The translations under genes were made by a program, and so were the position numbers. Positions 40,601 to 55,300 of a stretch of DNA of 64,000 nucleotides are shown piece by piece. Numbering within the stretch: the stretch's first letter is position 1; each line of letters starts with the position of its first letter. Source of the DNA: Bugula neritina (Eukaryota; Animalia; Bryozoa). The DNA is taken from assembly GCA_964035545.1 (NCBI GenBank), contig OZ037768.1:18583700-18647699 (forward strand). The letters run 5' to 3'. A model generated the notes under the pieces. The model was not told the DNA's origin. It searched no databases and saw nothing but the letters and a program-made list of their open reading frames with translations.

Positions 40601-43371
40601 TTGTTGAAAAGGCATAATATCAAATCTTAATAGTATTAACAAATATCTACTACACCATAAGTCATAAAAATATGTACCAAATATGATGTTAGAGTCAAAA
40701 TAGTATTGTATTACAGCAAATATACAGCTTATCATGTACATAGAAATATTAACATTGTGATGGATAAATACTTCAAAGTACATTTTGAAGTAATTAAGTA
40801 CTATGCATTAACTTATGATTTTTGGAATATAAATTTATAAAAGTACATGCAGCTAGAAACGTAACACTTATATCTGTATGCCAAATTAGTATTAACTAAC
40901 CAGCTAGTTTACAAATTCAAATTTGCCCATGCACTCACAGCTCTAGTAATTTAGTACTACACTCAAATGTTCACCTTTCACCTTTCACTCAAATATTTAC
41001 CTTTAATTCAAATTTTCAAGTTATATCAAACCTAACCCCGAAGAAAATTGAATTACAGTAATAAATAATTTATTAATTTATGCAAAATCAAAATGTTCAA
41101 AAAGCTCTTCTCTACTTGACAAGTATACATTTGTAAATAATATTATAGAACCGAAGTTATGGAATAAGCTCTGTAATAAAAAGAAAACTATAGGTTCCAG
41201 CACTGAGCCTTCCAGCAGTCTAATAAACTATAATAATTGATAAAATAATAATAATTAAATATTTATCATAAAAAATAGAAATAATCTTGCTTTTGGTCTT
41301 TTTATAAAAGCCATGCAATAGTTTCTTCAAGTTTTAACGTACGTTGTTGTGTTGAATGTGCAGCCAGCTCTGTGACAGCCAGGTGAGTGATGTCTTATGG
41401 TGTGCCCATCTGGTTTCTGCACGGAAGCTTGTAACTTGTGAAGCAGATTATGGTCACATGACAGCAAGTCATCTGCGTATTGCTTCATGTTGTGTTGGTT
41501 GAATTTAGGGAACGCTGGTGAGACTTTAGAAATCCAACTAAAGTATACAAACTTTATATTCAATTTTAAATAATATATGCATTTGATGTTAGACCCAAAA
41601 TATTCTTATATACTGCAGCAAGTCTTATATAACTTACCATGTGCATGTAAAGAATGTGAAAACGCTATGTAGATACGTTGGCTATATTTCATGTAATTTT
41701 ACAATGTAAAATGGTAAATATGTATAATGGTATCTATCTGCATACAGTATATATATCTGCGAAATAAATTCTTATATACAACAAATATATATTTTAGAAA
41801 ATTTTATAACTAATGGCTCATATTACTTAGCTATTTTTTACAAACACTTTAAATATGCAACATTTTGCTGACACTCTTGCTAGGAAACTAACCTGTTTAT
41901 TTTTTTATATTATTAAGATTGAGGATATTTCGCATCAAACAGCGCACTGAGATTTAAGGGTAAAGCAACTCTTAAATAATTTATGCAATGCATAAATATT
42001 GCAGTTTTGTAGATGCTTTGATAAAACATAGCATTTTAAATTTGATAGAAAAATTATTTGACAAAATTAATGTCAATGTACACAGTTATATACAAATAAG
42101 GTAAACTCTTACTAATCTAGCTGATGGATATAGTATACGTCGGGATGGTTTCGTAGCAACTGGGTAATTGCATCACCATGAGGAAGATTTTCAATGCCCA
42201 GGTACGAGTAGAGTACAGCTTTAGTTCGAAGTATGTCACTTGTTTCATTAATCGGAGTTACTTTTGTCAAATTTTCAAGCTCACTGCAAAAACCTTCAGT
42301 GACATCACTTCCAGGTTTTGCAGCCATATTGTTTGGATGTTCCGTGATGTCATCCTTTAGCTTCTTGATAGTACTATACCAGCTAATGGTGAAGTAGATG
42401 TGCACCACCTGCACCACTAATCCTGTTATTACTAGAGCTAACACGGCCTTCAAAAGTATCTCTAAAAAGAAATATTTGGCTATAAACATAACAATAATCT
42501 AGTAGAATATTTGACTGTTTGTTACACCTCTAGGCTAGCCTTTGAACATTAAACACAAGTTATAGGTGTCCATTGTTCAGGACTATATAGCAATGATCAG
42601 TATCAATTATAGAGTTGTGGTAAGAGAATGAAAATGCTCCAAAATGTAGCTCTGTGGAAATTTTATAGCTTTGCGAAGTAATAGAAGTTGCATCACATGA
42701 CATTCATATACTGCACATACAATTTTGCTATTTGATTTCATACAACAAAGATGAAATTATTGATTTATTAATACCTTGTTTGCAAAATCACTTTGTCACA
42801 AAATTAATTTAAATTGAACTTTCTCTCTTCACTTAAAAATTTTAATTGTAAACAGTATAATATTATAGGAAGATACTATTGTGTAGGTTATACACATATT
42901 ATTCTTTGTTAGCGAAACCAACTCCCTGTTTCTACACCATAGCATGAAAATTGGGTTATCTTTATGCAGAGCATAATCTTAATACCATAATTATGTGCTA
43001 AAAGTTAGTTTGAGAAGAATTTTGAAACATACTAAGATTCAAATTTTGCTTAATAAAATTTAGGTTGTATAAAGAACAAAATCAATATTTTTATTGAACA
43101 TCAATGGCATAATTTTGGACACTAATGAAACTAAAAATTTGAGTTCATCCACAATTTTTTTGGCATTATAACTTCTTTCCTCACCACAGCCATGCTACTA
43201 GCACGTGTCTTCAAAAATTATGACTTAGGATAAACTTACTGCATCAAAAAATATTTTATAGGTACCTTATCACACTTGCATATAAATGTTTGTTTGCATG
43301 ATGCCATAAAAATTATTACTCTCACCTTTTTTAGGAGAACAAATTTTTATTCTGTTGTCATAAGCTGGCAT
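37615..43371 (-). CDS. Carbohydrate (Gal/GlcNAc-6-O) sulfotransferase-like type-II membrane protein with degenerate PAPS motifs, ~390 aa. Exons 43371-43326, 42461-42113, 41537-41343, 40570-40390, 39682-39488, 37821-37615
   Basis: N-terminal TM anchor, then QLLRNHPDVYYI, FVHLAADPR, YLFTRYEDMIENP...ILDFL and EKVCAKAMELLGY, in CHST1/3/4-family motif order. Confidence 0.8.
40065..40260 (+). mobile_element. Decayed tRNA-derived SINE (second family)
   Basis: A-box-like ggtgtagtggttagagtgctggcc, then aagaagtgcattcagccataa, which resembles a conserved SINE central-domain motif (recalled, not searched). Confidence 0.45.
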
Positions 43372-45774
43372 TTTTGCAACTTTATGGCAGATTTGCACAA
43401 GATCAACCGTAAGTTTTTCTTTCTTCCATATCATAACTTGTGAAGTCTATTTCCAGCATTCAGAAAGCTCTGTGTGCATGTGAGCATGTAAGCACCTCTA
43501 AAAATCTAAAAAATAATATAATTACATAATATTATTGAAAAAAATGGCTTTAAAACTAAATTTTTAACTTATTAAAAATTAGCTTCATATGGTTTGTATA
43601 TATAAATTGTTTTTTAATTGATATCACTGTTATGGGTTAATATCATAAGTATTACAGCGCAATTAATTTCTTCAGCAACATATTTCTAATGAAGAAGTAA
43701 TACCAAACAACCATAAACCTATTTTCAAGCTGCAAATTTTATTTGTGCAAAAATTTGCCTGCTTATAATTTTAAAATAAATACTTTCTAACATGAATTTT
43801 AATATGTTGTTACAAATACTTACCATAAAGGTTGGGGAGTCTACGGCAGAAAATCTGGTGCGCTACTTTCTCGCTTGCTGATCAAAGTGTGCTACGATCA
43901 GTTTTGTTATATTATATTATAGAACTTGGGATAGATTAAATTTCTTGGCTACTAAATGCCATTAGACATCATGAAGATGAGAGTATATATACGTGGAGTT
44001 TGACTACACTCTACATTATCCTCTGAAACTTCTAATAGAGTTAGAAGTGATTAATAAGCATTATTTGTTAATAAACCCTAGGGGTTTAGCAGCAACACAT
44101 TGATTATTTGCCACTAGCTAAGGCAGTGTTGACCATCACAGAACAATCAACTGTGTTGCAAAATGAACACAAATTGTTAGTAATATTTGACTATTTGACT
44201 TTATTTACAATTAAACAATAGCTGTGATAATTCAAACTGCTTTCTTTGTTGAGGAAGAACGAAGTATAATACTCATATATATGCTATTACTTGCAATGAT
44301 AAGAAATTACTGCAAATTCTTCACCTATCATGCATGCCATGGCAAAAATAAGCTGTAATTGATTAGAGAAAAGATAATATAATATTATGGGCTATAGATG
44401 AAGTCGATGTATTTTTCCAATGCTACTGACTAATCCTATTAATTACTTTGCAGTTGATGGACAAGTTTATTCCGCAGTTGCTGGCAAAGACTAAAACGCA
44501 TTTATAGATAACACAGAGGAGCAAAAGACATTACAGCATTTTATTAATAGAAACATTTTGTAAGACATCAGCAACCATAGCAGGCTAATAACTATTAACT
44601 TTAAACATTGCGGTCAATTAAACACTGTTTATTAAATATATTGATATAGAAGTTGTATTAGAAATAGGTGGTAAGCAAAACGAAACTTAACTATAGCTGA
44701 AGTAAACTCTTAAAGGCAAACAGTTGTGAATTTGAACAACATTCTTGCTTTGTCTGTATTAGATGTGTTGTAAATTGTCAGCTGCAGTTGCAAACCTCCT
44801 TGTTTCTGGAAAATATATAATAAAGAAATCAAGCAATGTATAAATTAGTTTTTGAAAGACTTATTTAAATGCACTAAGCCAATTTTGAAGTGAGTATAAT
44901 TAATATGTCAATATTACTCTATCATGCATTTTTAGATTTAGAAAATACTTTTTAATAGCCTAGAGAGTTTTTTACTTTTAAATAAAGTGAGTTTAAAATT
45001 AACCAAAGGCATCAGAAAGCTTATTATAATTATCACAGCGCAAGTAAAACTTTTGCAACATTCAAGAAATGATCAATCATGAAAAACAGCAACCAACTCA
45101 TTTATGTAGGCCATTGTATGCAAGATAGTATAAAAAAGACATGTACATTGCTTATAATATCTGTCTCAGCTCACGATTTTGCTTATAGAGCTAAATTTGA
45201 TTCCATGCAAAGTTTGATATGCTGTTTGTTAGCTCATGGTATGTTAAGGCAAAAGACAGCATAGGCTGAAAACTAATAGCAGACTTTTCATTCATTTTTT
45301 GAAAAAAGTATTTTTTCTCTTAGTTTCAAGCAATATTTTAAACCCTAGCAGTATTTTTGCTAGGATTTAGAGCACTTTGAAACAAAGATTTTAATTTTTG
45401 AAATTTGAAATGAACTCTAATATAAATTATACTGTTTTTGCCGACGAGAGCTTTGCAGCAGATAGAAGCTTTACTATGAAAGAACGTCACATTTAAAAGC
45501 ATCAACAACTAGAATAGTTTTGGTTGCAAAATTTTATAGCATACAGAACTTGCAGTATTGTTTTTAGAGGTTAACTTTCTATAAAGAATAGCTAAAAACA
45601 TGTCATCTTCATTATTTCAATCTTTTGCAAATCATACTGTATAATATGGTAAGATGCTCTACTTAAAGAGATTGAGTAGCTAAGAAAGCAAACAACTGTT
45701 TAGGTGTGCTTATATACTTTTGCTGAAACAAATGTTGAGTTTCAGTTAATTATGTGAAAATATAAGTACACCTT

Positions 45775-48700
45775 TCAATAGAGAAGATATCTGGCTATGG
45801 GGAAGTACTGCGCCAGGTTGTCACTGTCATACATGTACGTCTTCTCCTTGTCCTTCGGGAATACATCTCTGAGGTACGCTGAGCCAGGTAGATTGTCTAC
45901 ATCGTACAGGTAACTTGAGTGTGCAGGTTCACTCACCTCTCTAGCGCCTGAAATGTTATTATGAGATGCAGTTAATTATAGAATACATCTTAATTAGCTT
46001 GAATATGTATACCAATAATGAATTAAAAGCAACTAGCATTGATTATAAATATCATTCTTATATTGCATAATAATGTACTTTTTCAGTATTTTAAAGAATA
46101 TAGTTTTAAAGCATATATGCTAAAAAAATTATTCGAAAAATAATGAGTGAAAACGTTTACATCACAACAAAAACTTATTTATTTAAGAAATTGTGCAAAC
46201 TGTAAATAAAGCAATGATTATACGATTGAACTACACGTATGGGAGCTTTGGATTTCAGCAAACTTATTCTAATTAATTTTAACTTATTTATAATTTTGTA
46301 GGTTAGCAGAGATCATAAACATATTCTAAAAGTATAATGAACTTATAGAATCAATATCATATACATCTTGTTTGGTATAACAAAGGTCATCATATTTTGC
46401 ATAACACACAAACGCACGCACGCACATACATGACCAATTCCTGTACATTTCAAACACAGTTGCCTTTTTGTAACAGCTCCAACTCTCCAAAAACAGAAAT
46501 ATTTATAAAAGTTGAAAAAAGTTTTCTGAACAGGAAAAACCCTCATTTGATAGAGAGTTTATTGCTAGAGTGTTTATTTATTAGTATTCGAAAAGATTTA
46601 TTGCTTTCTCAATCACAATAATATACATGTTTGGTTATTTTATCTAACTTAACAAATAACTTTATATACTGTGTCTAAACCAGCTCTAGGTTTTGAGTTG
46701 AAAACTGAAATGTATGCTTAGGATCAATTCTCTAGTATTATTAGTGTCTTGAAACAGCTCTACAGAATAATATGAGTATGTTTACTTCAGCAAACTTTTA
46801 CTAAGTCATAAAGTTTGCTTCATCTAAACAGTTTTTAAATAACATGACACTCTAATAGCTGGTACTCTGCAGTGCAGATGTATCAACATACCTGTTTTAT
46901 GTTTGTACCGATTAAATATTTCATATGCTTTTTCTTCAAGTTTTTCTAAATCCAAATTCATATAGTCTCTCTGAACAACAGAATTTTTTGTGTTACCTTT
47001 CAATCGGCTCTTTTCTTTTGCTGGAGCCATTGCCTGAAGCACAGATATCACTTTCAAATTTTCCTGCTCATCAAAGTTTTTGTATAAATTGATTTAGTAA
47101 TGAACAGTATTCAAGGTTTATAATAATTGTTGACAAAGAAAAGCCTAATTTTTAATGTTTAATATACAGAGTATAATTTATTTCATAGACAATAAATTAT
47201 TACAATATAACAGTCACTGTTATTAAATTAATTTTATATATATGCTCATGGCTGACATTTAACTTAGTTTTTGAGCCAATACAGTGTCTTGTTGATATAA
47301 GTACATATTATTTATGAAACAATATTTAGGATCATCTCAAGCTCTCAAGGAGAGGGGCTATAAGATATAAATAGACCTGTTGTATTATTGGATTCTACTC
47401 AACTGTCATATACTGTAATTATTATAGATTATGCTTATAATATGATAAGGAATGTTTTGACTTGGAGTTGCCCCTACTGAGCTGATATGCACTACCTTGA
47501 AGCTGTTTTGCACTCTACTTATATTGTACTGGTTATGTAATCTATTTATGTTCAATTCCTTCTGTGTAAGATAATACAAACATGTTGGTGTATTGTTTAA
47601 AAATTCATACATAGTACTTTAACTTCTTTAACATTTTTTCTAAATTTAAAGCCATTTATTGCATTACAGAGCAGACCCAAACTTTTTCATATTTCATCAT
47701 TTTATGAAATTTTTGCTTTGCGTATGAAATTTAATGAACAATAAAATACATCCTTTTAACTATTTAAATAACTAAAATATGTGCTTATATATAAAGGAAG
47801 TTTCCCAAACCATGCTGTCTAGCACAGCATACTATATTTAGCACACTACAGTACTATCTAGCACCTGCAGTGTACTGTGTAGCGCTATACTGTTTAGCAA
47901 ACTGTACTTTTAAAAATTTAGTGAAAATTCGAATATATTCATGCATTACAATAAAATATGCTAGAACTCATAACTTCATCTAAAAGATAACATATTAGAG
48001 TATCGCTAGCTGCATTACCCCTTAGCAGTGTAAATTCAGTCTAAGCTAATCTTAGACAATGATGAGAACTAAAATAATGACAAGCATCTAATAATGCACA
48101 TTATCAATGTAACATAATATTCTGCAGTACCTCATCAATCTCTCTTTTCATCCTCAAATCTTCTGCATTCTGCAACATACGCTTATATTTGTCACTGCTA
48201 CTGCTTTCTTGGCAATATTCTTTAGTTTTCCCAATACTATTCTCTTCCATCTCTATGGCTGCTCTAACTTTACCCAACTTTCTCAATAATTCTTCTTGCT
48301 GTTTTACCAGTTTATTAGCCGTTTCGTACTATATAGCATAATATTAGAGTATAAATTATTATTTAAATGGGTACCCTTGCTTATGCATTGAAGCAAAGTA
48401 AATTTCTAACCATATGAACTAATCCCAAACTTCATCTAAACTGTTCAACAACACAAAATACCCCCACAAGTTGTTAATCTCAATAAATAAAACTTGTGCA
48501 GTTTATTTAATTAGTGTCATTGCATTTATATAGACTTGTAGGTCATGGCTATGCAATTCATACAAAACAACAATTAACTTTATATAAGAAATACATATTA
48601 TATAGATCGAATAGGTATCAAAAATCTACATAAACATTCGCTATTGAAGAGCAAAAAGCTTACCTTGTAGTCACGTAGAGCTCGGTTGTTAGTGAGATGT

Positions 48701-48795
48701 GACAGCATGTTATGACTGCGGGGCATCTCGTATGACCCCCCACACATGGACTTGACAGCCCGAGTACGAATCTGACTTGCAGTGTCACTACTCAT
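45775..48795 (-). CDS. Uncharacterised ~224-aa protein with coiled-coil middle. Exons 48795-48664, 48328-48131, 47063-46892, 45947-45775
   Basis: Four GT-AG, phase-compatible exons link ORFs 48598-48795, 48104-48286 and 46824-47057; E/K-rich helical segment. Confidence 0.7.
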
Positions 48796-51700
48796 TGTTT
48801 GGTAAAGCTGGGCTATCTTCAGAGAGAACTATGAGCGCTGCTAATATATCCTACTACCACTACCATAGCCTGCAAGATGTAGAGTACTGCTAAGTTCGCA
48901 TTTAGTACGACTTGATACTTTGCTTTAGCATGTTACAGGCTTCTAGTATAAAATTTAATTAGCATTTATATTTATAAATTTGACCATCAAATTAATTCAT
49001 TATATTCGAATTTGTTTCAATTATTTAAATACTTAACGGAAGTATGATTTATAAAAACGTACAATTTAGAAAGTAATTAAATAATACAAAAACAGAATTT
49101 TTTTCAAAGATATCGTACCTTTGCAACTAAACAGCGGTAAGCGCTGATATTACGTACATATAACTACCTGTAAACAGGTGTACCTACTAAATAATATTAT
49201 AGATTCCCTCTAATAAATGCATTGGACTGTCTAATTATAGTGATAGTATATTGATTACCAGTGTTTATTCTATGTTTCGTTTGAGTGCATGATTCACTCC
49301 AAACATTGAGTTCCCCTGCTGAATACTTATAACAAGCCAACTTTCATTATACAATTTATATTCTATGATATGAGCTGCTGCCAAGGTGCTGCTGTATAAA
49401 AAGCACATGTACTTCTTGAACAGCTTTGTTGCCGAAATAACTTTGAAGCAACCTCTTGGACAATGCTTTAATAACTATTTTTTGTTATATTACATAGTAT
49501 AGAGATGTGTTGGCATAATTAATTTATTCCACGGCAATAATGAATATTGTAGATTATTATGGATCTTTATAATATTATATTAACTGTGAAACATTGAAGT
49601 TTAAGAATACTCAAAACCTTTTTCTACCGCTAGCATGTTAGTTATAACATACCATGGTAGGAATGACTCATGGCACAGCTGTTACTCAATGTCAAGGTCA
49701 CAAGCACTCTTGCCCTAACTTTATTTTAGTTTTATAACCTATAAAAAATATATTAGCCGTTAATGCAAGATATTCATCATGTACAAGTGTACCACCCAGT
49801 GTAGAGACATCCACTTGCGTAATTGCTACAAAACTACTTTAGCTTTTTCTTTACATAGGTAATATATATTTTAATTTAATAAAATAATCACAATACTTCA
49901 ACAAACTATTAATTAAGTCTTTCTTAGGGAATTATTGCTGGTATAAATACATAACAAGATAATTTCAATGGTCAGATCTCGTTTTGGTTAAAATCTATAA
50001 TTCTAAAGTAAATATACTAAAATGAATATACTTGATTACAAACCTTACCAGCAGCTAGTATGTGAAGTTAAAGCCCAGCCAGCAACAACTCTATCTAAAT
50101 AAGTGTAGTGGCATTTGCCTCTACACAGCAATGCATCCATGTAGTTTATTCATAGATAATCATAGTATTATTGTGCGTAGATGTGAAATAGAATAACAAT
50201 TAGAACAGTGAGATTACTAGCACAAATAAAACTCAAACTACAATTATACCATTAGCTATGCTTACAGCAAAAGAAAAAATGTGAAGTGCAATTTGTCAAT
50301 TTAACATGATAAAATGTTGAACTATATTACTTCATTTACATTATTATACTTTTATTATAATTAAAAAGATGATAATAGTTATAGTATATTTATTCGTATA
50401 ATTAGCATATAATCCATATGATTATAACATAATTTGTATAATTATTATATAATTTACCATATATAACTTGCTTTGAAAGCCATATCTTGCATTAAGTCCT
50501 AATAGTAGTTTAGTTTTTTACACTTGAGTAATGTTTGCATTAGATTATTGGCCATTGGCAACTCATGAGTTATTTCATAGTACAGACTCTCAGTACATAT
50601 TTTATTATTGCTTGTCAAATTTAGCCCAATAACTAAAAATACTAAAATGTAGTGGGAGATAGGTGCGAAAGTGCCATTTTCAAACATGATTTGGCAATTT
50701 TGGTAACTACAGAAACTGTTTTGCTGCTTTTCTTACCCGAGTGTGGACCCATCGAAAGTTGATATTACAGCTGTTTTAATGTTATTGGATGAACCACTTT
50801 GAAATTTACGCAACCAGCTGAAATATGTGTTGTTGAATTCATAATCAATAGTAGATGCTCCGTAACCTTTTACGGGTATAGTTCACATTATCACTTATTT
50901 TGCGTGCGTGCTGTTTGTGTGCAATTACATGTGCTTGTAATTGTAGCTTTTGCAGGTTTACTTTAATACAAATGAATGGTTAATTTTACTTGTACTTATT
51001 ACTGTTAAATGTAACAAATTTTACATTGACACTTACTGTCAAGGGAATGATTATGAACTATAAGCAGCATACGCAGCAAGTAACCACTTTTCCTACACTA
51101 CTGAGTTGTTAATTTAGTAGTTGTCTTCCTTCAAGACTGGGATGCATGCAGGTGTACTAGAATAAAAAGTGCAGGATTTCATGTGTAAACGTGTACTGTA
51201 TATTATAATGATACACAAAGTATATAAAATATGTTGCGGCCAAAGGTATGAATGATTTGGCGAATGATTGTCCCCACTTAACCTACAACTAGCAGAACCA
51301 ACACTATTTCCCTGTAAATGTTTGATGAAACCATATGAACCTAAATTATGAAAATAACAATCTATGATTACGTCATGGTAAAAGAGTGTTCACAACTGAG
51401 CAACATAACATAACAAAATACATAACAATGTAGAATAAAACAGTGTTAAAAACCCCACACAATATAAAGTGTGCACAACTCTAATGAATCCTCCATTCAG
51501 ACCAGCTGAAATATATAAAGTTAAAGAGTAGAGAACTAAAAAATAAATATAAGTTTACAATAACAAAATACTTTTGTAATAAACAAAAAAGGAACAAAAA
51601 TAACTTTTTAGTACAAAACAAAACATTTCAAGTTCTAAGAATTGTTCACATCCACAAATAAAATTGAAAAAAATATAGAATTAATATAAAACAGATAACA

Positions 51701-51819
51701 TTCGGGTTTTATTGTTGTAGCATAAAATTACTAATTAGACACTAGAACAGGTTCCACCTGACCACAGCTGCAAAGGTGCACTTTGTTTATGAAATCAGTC
51801 TATTATCAACAAATCCATT

Positions 51820-52077
51820 TCAAACAAAGTTAAAGCACGAGATACCACCAGTCCTGGGCTGTGGCCCCATAACCATAGGTACTTGGTTTTTATGTGTAAC
51901 TGCCACCTACATAATAAATATATAAGGCAAAGTGTAAATACTGACACAGTGTTATTTTCATTTGGTCTGTAATAAACAGATTACATAAACAAATTATTTC
52001 CATAACCAAGCTTAAATGTGCAGTTAACCTTTTTTGAATAAAACCAGTACTAGCTTGCAGTTGATAATAATAATAAT

Positions 52078-52117
<40 letters not shown>

Positions 52118-52131
52118 ATATATATAATAAT

Positions 52132-52207
<76 letters not shown>

Positions 52208-52294
52208 TTTTACTATTGCGAAGGTGTGGGCCATGGTACTCTGTTCTGTGCTGATGAGGGGACAAATCCCGAAACAGCTGCTGTCCACAGATTG

Positions 52295-52336
<42 letters not shown>

Positions 52337-52347
52337 GCGCGCACACG

Positions 52348-52395
<48 letters not shown>

Positions 52396-55300
52396 CACAT
52401 AATATGATTTATAAAAGAAAAATAAAACCAATAAGAGACTGAAATGTTATAAGCTTACAGTACAAGGTGGTTGCATCCAAGGTTCACCGTCAATCTGCAT
52501 TGGGAGTCGTTTCCTGCTTCTTATAACGACAGAAGCACACTGAGCCAGTCGTCTGCAGTTACTCCTCAGTCCCGTCTTGACAGCCCCTAAGTGAATGCAT
52601 TTCTCCATACCAACGACCTCTATTAGCCCATCCCCGATGTCTTTAAATATGTAATATTATAAATAAGGCATGCAAAACTTTTATAAAAGAATAAAAATAA
52701 AAAAAATCTGCTCATTTGCTATATGTGAAGAAAAATACTATACTAATAAATAGAATGAGATAAGATTGCATGCAAAAAAAAGAATAAAATTAATTATGTA
52801 CATTACTCTCACTATAAAGTTTAAAATAGAGATTATGTACTTGAGCACTTAAGCAGCGGCAAGCAGTGTGCATTGTGCTAATGAGGAGACAAACCCTAAA
52901 ACAGTTACTATACACATATTAAGTTACATATATGTGTGTAAGCGCGTGTTTGAGTATATACACACACACGCGCGCGCGCACGCACGCACGCACACGCACA
53001 CGCACACACACACACACGCACACACAAATGTTCACCTTGAAATGCAGTTGTGAGATCATTAATGTCTGATAATTCCCCGTCACGAGATTTTGATAAACGG
53101 CGAGTTTGACTGTTTTCCCCCCACAAGTTGGACCCCGCATGTGCACTCGGTATGTTCAGTAAGCATATTCCTTCCAAACTAGGTCCGTTTGCAAGATTTA
53201 AAGCTACGCCATCACACTAAACACACAACAAATATTTTTGTAAATAACTTTATATGCAAAATTTTATGAGAAGCAAACGAAAAAAATTGATCCATAAATT
53301 CCTTTGTAACTTGTTTTACTATAATTTTTATTATTTATTTGACTATTTTAGTCATTAAGAACTTTCTAGAACTCTATTATAAATTTAGCTCTATTGATTC
53401 ATTTACCATGACATCGATATTCTCATGCAGGTTCTTGCAGGTGGCAGATATGGTTTCTGCCGACCAGAACTCCAGGTACCAGAGTTTGTTTCTCACTCGG
53501 CTGTTGAATTTCTCCGGATGTTTTTGTCTCATCATGTGAAACTGGTGCGCCACCTGTGCATCCTGGAAAACAGAGATTGGTATATCAGGTCCTATACATT
53601 GGCAGCAATAAATAAATAAGCAGAAAACTGTTTTAAAGATAGCATTTCTTAACCAAATTAAACATCGCTACTAAGAAATAAAAAATCCATGCTAAATAGC
53701 TTCATATCAATTAAGTTTAGAATCATTTTTAATTAGTACCTTCATTATAATAATCATTTTACAACAATTCATTATGAGAGAACATCATTAACCACATAAT
53801 TATTAGATAATTAAAATATTACAAGTTGATATACAGTTTATGCAGAAAATAGGAAATAATTAATTATAATTTTTTAAAACAAAAAGCTGCCATACATTTT
53901 AAAAATGAGCAAGCATATTTACATCCATCAATCTCACAGCTGTGGAATAACATCAAAAACATAGTACTGGTGGTTTAAACTAACAGATAATAGATAATAA
54001 TAGAATAGAACAAATAATATAGAATCAAGATATATAATTAAGGCATGTATCACAAATATATCACATAATTATAGATAACATATTATTATATTGCGTAAAT
54101 AAATTTACTGTAAGAGACATATTAAAATATTTATTTAATCAGACAGAACTTTGGACCATAAAATTAAATGGCCATCTTCAAATTTTAAACTAAAGATGGT
54201 CATGTTATATCATGACAAAAAGTGGTTTGTTTTAACATGTTTTTTAAAGTAAATTTTCCTATCACAAACTATCATGAGCTTATACAGACACAGGACTATA
54301 CTTACTACACCAATACTGAAATAGTTATTGAATATATTGCAGGGTATAGGATCTCCTTTCTCTTCCTCTCCATCACCAGAGTTGCTAAACTGAATGTGCC
54401 ATCTATCTAGCATTACCGTGTGACCTAGACTAACTCTCTTCAAGATCTTGATTATACTCTCTCCCTCATAACCCCCGCCCCAGCGTAGACATCTAGCCAT
54501 GTCATTACCTGTGCCCAGAGGTAACACTACCACTGGGGGTCTTTTGGGCAGATCCAGCTTGTCTAGAAAATAGCATCGACTTAAAGCAAACAGAACTAAA
54601 TACAGCAATGGCATTGTAGTGTTGAGATTACACAGTGGTCCCTGTGGTGTAATGGTTAGAGCGCCTGCTTGCAAGCTGGAAGTCTTGGGTTCGAATTTCA
54701 GTGGAGGCAAAAATTTTATAGGCCTGAATAAATTAACAATAACTACATATTAGTGATATAATTAATTAATTTGCATTTATAATGAAAATTTGTCATTAGA
54801 CAAAAATCTTTGAGGGGTGCCGCTCTATATGCATTTGATAAAAAGTAGGAAGTTGAAATATAGAAATGACACCAACCCATAGTGTCAAGGAGCCAACCAA
54901 CTGTGCCATCGCCTCCACACACCATCACTCTGCAGTCAATATCCTGAAACTGTTTCAACGCAACTGAGGGTCCACCATCTTTCAACATGTTGAATACTTG
55001 ACGTGGGTTGAGAAGGTACTGAAACTTCTTTAATAGCCTCATACCTTGCTTGCCGCCACTCTTTGGGTTAATGAATACAACAAGAGGGATGGCGGATGGC
55101 GGAGGAAGAATGTGAAGTGAACTAGATGCAGCAGACATTGAGACAGTCGAGTTCTGCCGGGAGAGACGACCTTGTCTGTCAAGGACACTCGGACTGATGC
55201 AGGTTGGAGGTATTATATGCTCTCTCAGATCTCCAAGGTCACATTCCAGTGGAATCAGAGAGCAACATTTATTGTGAACCTGAAGAGTAGTGAGTGCAAA

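Noticed and set aside
45775-45777. TGA as selenocysteine or readthrough, since the frame stays open into the exon near 44806
   Set aside because: No redox motif context and no recognisable SECIS; an ordinary stop with a 3'-UTR intron is simpler.
51890-53146. ORFs rich in YI/CV/HT repeats
   Set aside because: Translations of (TA)n/(CA)n microsatellites within DGK introns.
54636-54710. Possible tRNA gene
   Set aside because: Acceptor, anticodon and T stems pair poorly and a diverged second copy with shared flanks exists, so it is a SINE head.
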